The position numbers and the translations under genes were made by a program. A DNA stretch of 40,520 nt from Dehalococcoidia bacterium (GTDB taxonomy: Bacteria; Chloroflexota; Dehalococcoidia; Lucifugimonadales; SHYF01): NCBI GenBank assembly GCA_030651175.1, contig JAUSCR010000116.1:1-40520 (forward strand), in the 5' to 3' direction. How positions within the stretch are numbered: the first letter of the stretch is position 1; the number at the start of each line of letters is the position of its first letter. This document shows, one piece after another, positions 24,416 through 32,664 of this stretch. The notes beneath the pieces were generated by a model, which did no database searches, was not told where the DNA came from, and worked only from the letters and a program-made list of their open reading frames with translations.

Positions 24416-25966
24416 ATGCCACTCCCTAGTTCGACGGTTACTGTGGAGAGTCTTAGAGCGGAGATTTCAGACTACGTCAGTGAACGGTTCGATGGGTTCG
24501 TTCCAAATCCCCAGAACTCCAATCACCACGCAGATGGAAAGGTAATTCGAGACCCAATTCACGGGTTTCATCACCTGAAAGCATGGGAGGTCGAGGTCGT
24601 AGACTCCCCTCTCTTACAGCGGCTCCGGTCAATTCACCAAAATGGCCTTGTCTTCCTCGTTTATCCTAGCGCGAATCATTCGCGTTTTGAACACAGCCTC
24701 GGTGTGGCGAAGGTAATTCAAGACGTCGTTGGGGAATTAAACACCCCGGGCTTGTTCAGTGAAACAACCGTTGGGGAACTACGGCTAGCGGCACTTCTCC
24801 ACGATTCAGGACATGGTATCTTTTCTCATCTGTCTGAGACACTAATCTATGAGCGGTGGTACGACAATTTCCAGCCCATTAGGCAGATTGCTCCGTTCCA
24901 AGGAAAGACTGTGGGAGAGATAGTGTCGTATCTCCTTGTGACAAGTCCACGATTCCGAGCATTTCTTGAGGATATTAACTCTCGCTACAACCAGAATTTC
25001 AATGTTGATCGTATAGCTGGGTTGATTGTGGGCAACGTGCAAAATCCAACTATGGAGGCCTACCAGCGAGACCTAATCACAGGACCCCTTGATGCAGACA
25101 AACTCGACTATATCGCACGCGATTCTTGCTTTACAGGTATTAGAGCCGAGGTTGACGTTCCACAGATTATTCGCTCCATGAAAGTGTGGGATAGAAGCGG
25201 TTCAAGGTTCCCACGGTCTCTAGTAGTAAAGGTGCAGGGGGTTAGCTTCATCGAGCAGATGCATTTTGCGCGACTGTTATTGTACCCAGCCATGTATCAT
25301 CACCAAAAGGTGCGTGCTATAGAGTGCATGGTGCGGGGAATTTTCGACACTATCTGGGCGGCACCCGATGAAATCCGGGAGCCTGTTCTGAAATTTAGCC
25401 GTATTACTGACTTCCTGCGGCTGACTGAGGGTGAATTCCTTGCCCTTGCCTCCCGAGAACCCTTAATACGCCAACAAATCGAAAAGTTACAGAATCGGAC
25501 TCTTTTTCGTAGGGCCTTACAGGTTTCGGCGTCTTTGATTAGAGGAGAGGTAGAATCAACTCGTTACAGCGACCTCGTAGGGTTGGGCAAGTTCACCCCA
25601 GAAGCCTCAGCCCGACTTAACGAAATACGTAAGACAATCTACGATTTAATCCCGGCGGCGGCGAAGACTGATAGGACATTAAACGACATCTGGGTAGACG
25701 TACCGGATCAGCCTAGTGCCAAAGACATGGAGCTTTGTAAAGTCGATACTGGGGAGTCTGAGCCGGTTCCACTAGACACATTGTTCCCCTTGGCCTCCTG
25801 GCTTAAGGGTTATGCTGAAAACAAATGGACTGCTCATGTTTACGGCTATCCGGACGAAGCTTTTCTCACTAGCCTTAATCGCGCCACCACTGAATATTTC
25901 AACAGTGAGTACAGTCTTACATTCCAAGATAGAGCTACCACTGAATGTAAGCTGACCCTTAGATAA
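24416..25966 (+). CDS. HD-domain dNTP triphosphohydrolase-like protein (SAMHD1/YwfO family)
   Basis: IRDPIHG, LQRLRSIHQNG, YPSANHSRFEHSLGV, ALLHDSGHGIFSHLSE, DADKLDYIARD, YHHQKVRA motifs. Confidence 0.92.
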   Translation: MPLPSSTVTVESLRAEISDYVSERFDGFVPNPQNSNHHADGKVIRDPIHGFHHLKAWEVEVVDSPLLQRLRSIHQNGLVFLVYPSANHSRFEHSLGVAKVIQDVVGELNTPGLFSETTVGELRLAALLHDSGHGIFSHLSETLIYERWYDNFQPIRQIAPFQGKTVGEIVSYLLVTSPRFRAFLEDINSRYNQNFNVDRIAGLIVGNVQNPTMEAYQRDLITGPLDADKLDYIARDSCFTGIRAEVDVPQIIRSMKVWDRSGSRFPRSLVVKVQGVSFIEQMHFARLLLYPAMYHHQKVRAIECMVRGIFDTIWAAPDEIREPVLKFSRITDFLRLTEGEFLALASREPLIRQQIEKLQNRTLFRRALQVSASLIRGEVESTRYSDLVGLGKFTPEASARLNEIRKTIYDLIPAAAKTDRTLNDIWVDVPDQPSAKDMELCKVDTGESEPVPLDTLFPLASWLKGYAENKWTAHVYGYPDEAFLTSLNRATTEYFNSEYSLTFQDRATTECKLTLR

Positions 25967-26063
25967 GCTAGTCTTGTGTACGACATCTCAGCCGGAAGGC
26001 CATTTCCCCTTTCGTTTGATTGCCATTGTTACCGATGCCTCCGGCCCGAAATATGCAACACGC

Positions 26064-26927
26064 TCATTTTACAGCATTGTGGAACCGGCGCAGGGCATCC
26101 AGGTGTTGCTTTAGGGAGGTGAAGCCCGCGCGCATGGTGTTCACCGACAGGTGGGTAGCCCCTAGCTTCTGCCAGTCTGCCGCTGTCTTGGCCCAGTCTT
26201 GCGGGATGGAGTCCTGAACGCCGATTCGCGCCTCCACTCCAATTTTGGCCGGGTCCCGGCCAGCCTCTTGCGCATAGCCACGCATACGCTCCAGCATTTG
26301 CTGGACCTCCTCGGTGGGGGGCATTTGCGGGAACCAGCCGTCCCCCAGCCGGCCCACTCTTTTGAGGAGCGGTTCCGCCCTTCCGCCAAGCCAGATGGGT
26401 ATGGGGCGCTGCACTGGCAGAGGGTTAATCCCTGCCGCCGTAACCTTATCCCACCGGCCCTTGAATGTGACGACCTCCTGAGTCCATAGTGCCCGCATGA
26501 GAGCTATCTGCTCCTCGCTGCGGCGGCCCCGGGTGTGGAAGTCCTGGCCCAGGGCTTCGTACTCTATTGTGTTCCATCCGGTCCCTATGCCCAGGCGCAG
26601 CCGCCCGCCTGTGAGGACGTCTACCTCTGCCGCTTGTTTGGCCACCAACACTGTTTGGCGCTGCGGCAGGATGACGATGCTTGTCACCAGCTCCAGCCTC
26701 TTCGTGAGGGCCGCCAGGTATCCGAACAGCACAAAAGGCTCGTGGAACTGGGACTTGTGGTCGTAAGGCCCACGGTAGCCCTCATGCTGGGCCGGATCAG
26801 CCCCTACCACGTGATCGAAGATCACAAGATGGGCATACCCCATTTCTTCCACGGCCTGGGCGTACTCCCGTACAACCGCCGGGTCGGGGCCAAGCTCTGT
26901 TTGGGGGAAGACAACACCTAGTTTCAC
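26064..26927 (-). CDS. LLM-class F420-dependent oxidoreductase
   Basis: FDHVVG, HEPFVLFGYLAA, LVAKQAAEVDVLTGGRLRLGIGTGW, PVQRPIPIWLGG, GDGWFP motifs. TATAAT -10 at about 26962-26967. Confidence 0.93.
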   Translation of the reverse strand: MKLGVVFPQTELGPDPAVVREYAQAVEEMGYAHLVIFDHVVGADPAQHEGYRGPYDHKSQFHEPFVLFGYLAALTKRLELVTSIVILPQRQTVLVAKQAAEVDVLTGGRLRLGIGTGWNTIEYEALGQDFHTRGRRSEEQIALMRALWTQEVVTFKGRWDKVTAAGINPLPVQRPIPIWLGGRAEPLLKRVGRLGDGWFPQMPPTEEVQQMLERMRGYAQEAGRDPAKIGVEARIGVQDSIPQDWAKTAADWQKLGATHLSVNTMRAGFTSLKQHLDALRRFHNAVK

Positions 26928-27054
26928 GGTCGCCTCCGATTCGTCAACAGATAATGGGTGGTATTATACACGCCTACTGGAACATTCCATATAATGCCAA
27001 GTACGTCAGGGCCGGTGTGCGGCGGGGCCGCCAAGCCCCACTCTCTGGGCTGCC

Positions 27055-27477
27055 TTAGCCGGCCCTCAGCTCCTCTTCCGTCACCTGCCCGTCCGTGATC
27101 CTGTAGGCCCGTACTACCGGGTTATCGTGGTCCATCAGCGAAATCAGGACGTAGTAGGTGTCCGGCCAGGTGGACACACCATCCCAGGTGGCGATCCGCA
27201 CATCAGTGGCCGAAGGATACGCTGGAGAGTGTGTATGGGAGTGGTAGATGACCAGCGGATCAGGGTCCCATCTGTTCTGGCGTGCCTCTTGCAAGACCTC
27301 ATACACCTTTTTGGGATCCATATCGTACCGGTATGGGCTCGCAGCCGTATTGGTCATGCGATAGAGCTTGGTTGCCTTGCCCTTCCGTCCAGTAATGAAA
27401 CCGCAGCACTCGTTGGGGTTGTCCTCCAGCGCGTGAGCTATCATCTGGTCAACGTACTGCTTCCCTAGCTCCAGCAT
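27055..27477 (-). CDS. mec: JAMM/MPN+ (M67) peptidase, Mec-like sulfur-carrier-cysteine peptidase
   Basis: PNECCG...YHSHTHSPAYPSATD is the E-x-HxH-x7-S-x2-D JAMM motif. Confidence 0.88.
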   Translation of the reverse strand: MLELGKQYVDQMIAHALEDNPNECCGFITGRKGKATKLYRMTNTAASPYRYDMDPKKVYEVLQEARQNRWDPDPLVIYHSHTHSPAYPSATDVRIATWDGVSTWPDTYYVLISLMDHDNPVVRAYRITDGQVTEEELRAG

Positions 27478-27534
27478 GGCTTCATGGAACTCCTGAGCGG
27501 TTATGTATCTAAACCCCCGCTGGTCGGCAGGATC

Positions 27535-28581
27535 CTACGGAAGCACCTGAATGGCCCCGGCGCTTCTTTGGGATACCTCGCCAATGATTGCGACGCCAGC
27601 AACGCCGTGTTTCTCCAGCTCCTCCAAGAGCCGGTCCAAGCGCTCCCGTGGCACTGATATCAACAGCCCGCCGGAGGTCTGCGCATCGCTGAGGATAACC
27701 TTTGCCTCTTTGGAAAGCGATTCATGGTAGTTCACCTTGGGCCCCAGAGAGGCCAGATTTCTATGGGTGCCCCCGGGGGCGATTCCCGCTTCGGCCAGCT
27801 CCAGTAGGCCAGGTAGCAAAGGTATTTTGGACCAGAAGACTCGGGCGGCGGTGCCGCTGGCTGTCATCATAGGTTTCAGGTGGCCCAGCAGCCCGTAGCC
27901 TGTTACATCCGTGCAGGCGTTGACGCCCACGTGCATCATGGCCTCCGAGGCGCCCTTGTTCAGCATTTCCATGACAGCGATGGCGTTGGCCAGCACCTCT
28001 TCCTTCACCACGCCGTTCTTTCCAGCGGTGGTGATTATGCCCGTGCCGATGGGCTTGGTGAGCACAAGCACATCTCCGGGCCTGGCGTTGCGGTTAGTCA
28101 CCTGGTCGCCGGGTCGGATTATGCCTGTTACGGCCAGGCCGTATTTTGGCTCCTTGTCGTCTATGGTATGGCCGCCCACGATGAGGAGGCCGGCCTCGGC
28201 GGCTTTTCTGTAGCCGCCCTTCAAGATATTGGCCACAATGTCCTTGGACAGCTCCATGGGAAATGCCACTATGTTCAGCCCAAGCAGGGGCCGTCCGCCC
28301 ATGGCGTACACGTCGCTTACAGCGTTGGCCACCGCAATAGCGCCAAAGTGGTCAGGGTCGTCTACTATGGGAGGGAAGAAGTCAACCGTTTGCACCAGGG
28401 CAAGGTCATCCGTCAGGCGGTAGACGGCAGCGTCATCGCCTGTCTCAGTCCCGACCAGCAGGTTCGGGTCGGTGATCGTTGGTAGCTGGCGCAGAACCTG
28501 CGCCAGGTCCTCAGGACTGTACTTGGAGGCTCAGCCCGCGCAATGGGCCAGGCTGGTGAGGCGGATAGCTTCCTGGGGCAT
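27535..28581 (-). CDS. selD: Selenophosphate synthetase, a selenoprotein (in-frame UGA = Sec17 at 28533-28531)
   Basis: AAGGAG RBS, then MPQEAIRLTSLAHCAG-TGA-ASKYSPEDL...GDDAAVY...QTVDFF...GGHTI...TDVTGYGLLGHL...DAQTSGGLL. The ORF track captured only the part after 28395. Confidence 0.95.
28484..28530 (-). promoter_or_regulatory. Candidate bacterial SECIS element
   Basis: Hairpins just 3' of the UGA: CTGGCGCAG-GTT-CTGCGCCAG (28506-28486) and the alternative GGACCTG-GCG-CAGGTTC. Confidence 0.6.
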
Positions 28582-28616
28582 AGACTCCTTCCTGTGTCAG
28601 GTTGGGAACAGTACCT

Positions 28617-28625
28617 ATTGTAGCA
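28617..28625 (-). promoter_or_regulatory. Extended -10 promoter TGcTACAAT upstream of selD
   Basis: Seen on the minus strand about 35 nt upstream of the selD ATG. Confidence 0.6.
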
Positions 28626-28664
28626 TGGGTTGTTGCACGGCTCGCGGGCGTGCGGCCAGGAGCT

Positions 28665-29606
28665 TCACAGGTTCAGCATGGGATACCGCTCGCCTGTATC
28701 GGGCAGCACAGTTACCACCACCTTGCCCTCGCCCAGTCGCTGCGCCACCCGCAAGGCAGCCAGGACGTTGGCCCCAGAAGAAATGCCCACCAGTAGCCCC
28801 ATCTCCTGGGCCAGCCGCTTGGTGGTGGCTATGGCATCCTGAGTGGTGACTGTGACTATCTCGTCAATGATGGCGCGGTCCAGCAGGGTGGGTATGAAAT
28901 CGGCCCCAATGCCCAAAATACCGTGGTCGCCCGCGTGGCCCTGGCTCAGCAGCGGAGACGTAGCTGGTTCCACGGCCACCACCAGCACTGATGCGCTAAC
29001 GGCTTTCAGCGCCTCGCCCACGCCTGTGATGGTGCCGCCCGTTCCAACACCAGCCACGAAGGCATCCACACGGCCAGAGGTCGCATCCAGGATCTCCCTT
29101 CCTGTGCCTTCTCGATGCGCCTTCGCATTGGCGGGGTTGGTGAACTGCTCCAGCATCACCATCCCGCGGTCCTGGTCAAGCATGCGCCGGGCTGCCCGCA
29201 TGGCCCCCTCCATGCCCAGGTGAGCCGGCGTGAGATGTACCGTCGCTCCGAAGCGCGCCACCAGACGCCGCCGCTCCAGGGGCACGCTCTCTGGCATGGT
29301 TATGGCCACCCGGTATCCCTTGGCTGCCCCCACCAGCGCCAGAGAGATGCCCATGTTGCCGCCGGTAGGCTCAACAATAGTCATGCCAGGCATCAGCCTG
29401 CCCTGAGCTTCAGCGTCCTGGATCATGGCCAGGGCCGCGCGGTCTTTGGTGCTGCCGCCGGGGTTCAGGCTCTCCAGCTTGGCCAGCACCTGCGCCGAGC
29501 CGGGCGTCTCCAGGGCGCGCAGGCGCACCAGGGGCGTGTTGCCTATGAGTTCAAGGACGGATTCGGCAATCCTGGTCAAGGTAGGTCTCCTCAGCAGATG
29601 GCCCAT
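28665..29606 (-). CDS. cysK: CysK-like PLP cysteine synthase with altered substrate loop
   Basis: IGNTPLV, NPGGSTKDR, QFTNPAN, GVGTGGTITG, GISSGAN, PDTGERY motifs. The substrate loop reads EPTGGNMG. Start 29606 or 29633. Confidence 0.85.
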   Translation of the reverse strand: MGHLLRRPTLTRIAESVLELIGNTPLVRLRALETPGSAQVLAKLESLNPGGSTKDRAALAMIQDAEAQGRLMPGMTIVEPTGGNMGISLALVGAAKGYRVAITMPESVPLERRRLVARFGATVHLTPAHLGMEGAMRAARRMLDQDRGMVMLEQFTNPANAKAHREGTGREILDATSGRVDAFVAGVGTGGTITGVGEALKAVSASVLVVAVEPATSPLLSQGHAGDHGILGIGADFIPTLLDRAIIDEIVTVTTQDAIATTKRLAQEMGLLVGISSGANVLAALRVAQRLGEGKVVVTVLPDTGERYPMLNL

Positions 29607-29671
29607 TGTGGCATGGGTGGTTGGGAGCGTCAAGGAAAGAGGAGCGTGGTAACATATGCTATCTCACGCAC

Positions 29672-29800
29672 CTAGCAGGTTGCTGAAAAAGGGAAGTCCA
29701 GAGGGGCGAAGCCCCTTTGGTGGGGGTCTGGGGGTATCCCCCAAATCTCTCTCTTACCCCCTTCCTGGCCAGGAAGGGGGCTAGGGGGATGGTCGAAGAG
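29672..29800 (+). repeat. Composite multi-hairpin repeat, copy 5 (most complete)
   Basis: CTAG-CAGGTTGCTGAAAAA followed by the three hairpin modules. Confidence 0.85.
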
Positions 29801-29838
29801 ATCGTACATCATGAACCTATATTATCAGGAGGTACTAA

Positions 29839-30258
29839 ATGGGAGCTTTGGAAGAAATGGAGGAGAAGCTCCGGGCGTCGCGGGCGCGGCTTCAGGAGCA
29901 GCTAATAGACGTGAAGGAAGAGCAGATGACCCTGCCGGTAGCCGGGCGCGTTCCCAGGACTGTGAGAGCCATGTTCTATCTTCTCATTTCGCACGAGGCG
30001 GAGCACACCGTCCAACTGGTGAAAACACTGGCGGCCTTGGGGATCAACCAGAGCGAGGCCCAGCTTATCCTGCACAGCTTGCGGAGGTCTCGCGGCGAGC
30101 TGGAAGGGTTGCTCCTCGGTCTCACTGACGATGACCTGGACCGGGTGCCTGCCGAAGGCGAATGGTCGCCACGCAAAGTCCTGGAGCACATCATTGCCGA
30201 TGAGGTGCTCTTTGGGGATAGGATCAAGGAGGCCGTCCAGCAAGGGGCGGCTTCCTAG
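29839..30258 (+). CDS. DinB/YfiT-like four-helix-bundle protein
   Basis: HEAEHTVQL and GEWSPRKVLEHIIADE motifs; AGGAGG RBS. Confidence 0.85.
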   Translation: MGALEEMEEKLRASRARLQEQLIDVKEEQMTLPVAGRVPRTVRAMFYLLISHEAEHTVQLVKTLAALGINQSEAQLILHSLRRSRGELEGLLLGLTDDDLDRVPAEGEWSPRKVLEHIIADEVLFGDRIKEAVQQGAAS

Positions 30259-30268
30259 CCGTCCGCTG

Positions 30269-30796
30269 CTATTGGGCTGCACCGGGCGTGGGGCTGATTA
30301 GGAGCGACAGCACGATCATGAGCACGGCGTATGGAATGAAGCCTACCACCACCACGCCGATGGCCCGCCATGTGGATGTGTAATCCAGACCTTGCCGCAC
30401 GGCAATCACCATGGCCGCAAGCTGCCACACCGAGACGATAAAGAAGATAGCTGGTCCGACACCGGGTATAGAGCCAAGCACTCTTAGCACCCCAGGCGCC
30501 TGAGCGAAGCCCAGCACCCGTGCCATCTCTCCCCAGTTGGCCTTGGTCTCTGGTGTCTTGAACAGTGTCGTTCCTATGATGAACGTAAGCCAGGCCCAGA
30601 GCGCCCAACCCAAAAGGCCAACCACAAACCCGCCCACAAGGCCCTTGACTCCGCCCGTTGCTAACGTGCCCAGCCCTGTTGCCAGCGCCACAATGGCTAC
30701 CACCAGCATGGCTTGCACGGTAGCCTTGGTATCAGCCTCTACCTCTTCGTAGGTGCCAACTTTCAGCATTGCTGCTCCAAGCATTCGATTGATCAA
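30269..30796 (-). CDS. Yip1-domain membrane protein
   Basis: YEEVEAD..AT.QA, RVLGFAQAPG, IAVRQGLDY motifs; GGGAGG RBS before TTG 30796. Confidence 0.8.
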   Translation of the reverse strand: MINRMLGAAMLKVGTYEEVEADTKATVQAMLVVAIVALATGLGTLATGGVKGLVGGFVVGLLGWALWAWLTFIIGTTLFKTPETKANWGEMARVLGFAQAPGVLRVLGSIPGVGPAIFFIVSVWQLAAMVIAVRQGLDYTSTWRAIGVVVVGFIPYAVLMIVLSLLISPTPGAAQ

Positions 30797-30852
30797 GGCT
30801 TTCCTCCCAATTGCTAATTGTCCGCATGGTGAACAACGGAAACTCACTGCCC

Positions 30853-31413
30853 TCACCGGCGATCCTTCGACCGCCGAGAGCGTTTGGCCCCCTGCTTGCC
30901 CGTGTCTGTGGGTTCGGTGAGTTGCTGAAACACGCTTACCTGCTGGTTTATCAGATCCTTGGTAACCTCTCGCTCTTCGATGGGCATTCGTTCCTCTGCC
31001 CTTAGCGACGAGTCAGAAATCTTGCCCTCGGACAATGGTGCTTTGTTACCCAGCGCCCGCTCCACCCTAGACGTTAACTGCTTCAGGGTGTAGGGCTTCG
31101 TCATGTAATCGTCGGCGCCGAGCCTTAGAGCCTGGGTTGCTAAGCTACTATCCGCTAGGGCGGTGAGCATTATCACGCGAGTCCGGGGATGGTCGGCCCG
31201 TACTCGTCGCAGGACATCCAGTCCGGACATCCCTGGCATACTGATGTCAAGCAGGACAAGACCAACCCCCTGCTGGGCTAACCGTGCCAGGGCATCCTGG
31301 CCGTTGGATACAGTCACGCACCGATACCCAAGCTCCTTCAATTGTTCGGAGAGGAGGTGGCGAATGGAGCGATCATCGTCCACTACCAATATGGTCTTAG
31401 GCTGGCTGCTCAT
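30853..31413 (-). CDS. Response regulator receiver protein with short non-HTH tail
   Basis: ILVVDDD, LLDISMPGMSG, IMLTA, GADDYMTKPY motifs; AAGGAG RBS before ATG 31413. Confidence 0.9.
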   Translation of the reverse strand: MSSQPKTILVVDDDRSIRHLLSEQLKELGYRCVTVSNGQDALARLAQQGVGLVLLDISMPGMSGLDVLRRVRADHPRTRVIMLTALADSSLATQALRLGADDYMTKPYTLKQLTSRVERALGNKAPLSEGKISDSSLRAEERMPIEEREVTKDLINQQVSVFQQLTEPTDTGKQGAKRSRRSKDRR

Positions 31414-31582
31414 CCGGCTCCTTAGTATGACCGTGACAGATGGACCGGCGAATACTATTCTGTCTACTGCTGCCAGTTGTGTCAAGGTTTCGGCGAGGGA
31501 CACGGCGGCCTTGGCGATACAGCGCTGACGCCTTTGGGGTGCCCTTGACCCTGCTTGCTATGGGAGGAGAGGGCTGTGTATA

Positions 31583-32305
31583 TTGACTGGCGCTAGCACG
31601 GTACCGGAGGTTCTCTTGCCCAACTCCCTAGGCTCCTCTCGCTTGACCAGTCGCGCCGCCCTTGCAGGCACGGGGCTATTGCTGGCGGTTGGGCTGGCGC
31701 TCTCCGTGGCGGCAGCTCTTGAGCCGCGCCTTCCAGGGGACATGCTTGTTGCTCGGTGGGTGCAGTCGTTGGCCACTCCCTGGCTGGATACACTCATGAA
31801 GGCGGTGACTCTCCTTGGCATGACCTACGTGGCGGGCGCGAGTATCTTGGCTGCGGCAGCCGCCTTTGCGCTGGCGCGGCGCTGGCCGGAGGTTGCTGCG
31901 TTCATTGGAGCGGCGGTCATGGAAGGAGCCGTTCAGGTGCTCAAGTCTTTGATTGGCCGCCCGCGCCCGCCCGAGGAGCTTCTGCGCATACTGGAGAGCG
32001 GCGCCAGCGGCAGCTTTCCCAGTGGCCACGTCTACCACGCCGTTGTCTTTGGAGGACTATTGCTGGCGCTGGTAGTACCTGGCATACGTCCCGACCTGTC
32101 GGGACTTCGGCGCGCCGTGGCGGTGCTGGTGCTATTGCTTGCCGTTGCCATCGCGGTCTCCAGGGTGTACCTGGGGGCGCACTGGCCCAGCGATGTGTTG
32201 GGGAGCGTTGCCTTGGGCATCCCGTCCCTGGCCATGCTGGTGTACCTGTGTCGGAGGCTTGGGGGTGGGGAATCTTCACCTCAGGAAGACGGCCCACGAC
32301 AGTAG
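31583..32305 (+). CDS. PAP2-family membrane phosphatase
   Basis: KSLIGRPRP, SFPSGH, SRVYLGAHWPSDV motifs. Confidence 0.92.
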   Translation: MTGASTVPEVLLPNSLGSSRLTSRAALAGTGLLLAVGLALSVAAALEPRLPGDMLVARWVQSLATPWLDTLMKAVTLLGMTYVAGASILAAAAAFALARRWPEVAAFIGAAVMEGAVQVLKSLIGRPRPPEELLRILESGASGSFPSGHVYHAVVFGGLLLALVVPGIRPDLSGLRRAVAVLVLLLAVAIAVSRVYLGAHWPSDVLGSVALGIPSLAMLVYLCRRLGGGESSPQEDGPRQ

Positions 32306-32452
32306 GTGGGTGTTCTGTCGGCACTGAGTTGGGGAGTTGTAAGACAAGGCGCAGGCCCATCCGCCTGCGAAGCATACGAGCGGTGATATGGCCCAGGAAA
32401 CAATGCCAGTGTATTTTCCTGATGGCCATAAGTGCCGGGTTTAGGTTTAGCT

Positions 32453-32475
32453 AACCCCCGACTTTAGCCGGGGGG
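32453..32475. repeat. Imperfect palindrome AACCCCCGACTTTAGCCGGGGGG (CCCGAC-GTCGGG family)
   Basis: Near match to 35315-35342; resembles IS200/IS605-type end hairpins. Confidence 0.65.
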
Positions 32476-32519
32476 CTGGGCACCCCTGACAAGCAAGCAG
32501 AACCGAAGTGCCCTGCGCA

Positions 32520-32548
32520 TTGACAGGTCGGTGCGCAGCGAATACAAT
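32520..32548 (+). promoter_or_regulatory. Near-consensus sigma70 promoter of the surface-protein gene, with an inverted repeat over the -35
   Basis: TTGACA, 17 nt, TACAAT; CTGCGCA...TGCGCAG flanks the -35. Confidence 0.75.
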
Positions 32549-32664
32549 CCGCTCCGATTTCCGTATACAAAAAGGTGTTCTCAAACGAAGCAATACAAGC
32601 AAAAAGAGCAAATGGGTGCAATCAGTCCGCACCCTACCGCTTTTCGTACTGGAGGAGAAGCAAG

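Larger units (their letters stand above)
23465..26060. other. AT-richer accessory islet (XRE, small ORF, HD dNTPase)
   Basis: Visible drop in GC and a change in codon style relative to the flanks; truncates a host-like gene at its left edge; no integrase seen. Confidence 0.75.

Noticed and set aside
32388-32515. GGAAACAATG...GGGCAC hairpins resembling a c-di-GMP-II riboswitch
   Set aside because: The remaining consensus and spacing do not fit, and the region lies upstream of the predicted promoter, so it would not be in the mRNA.
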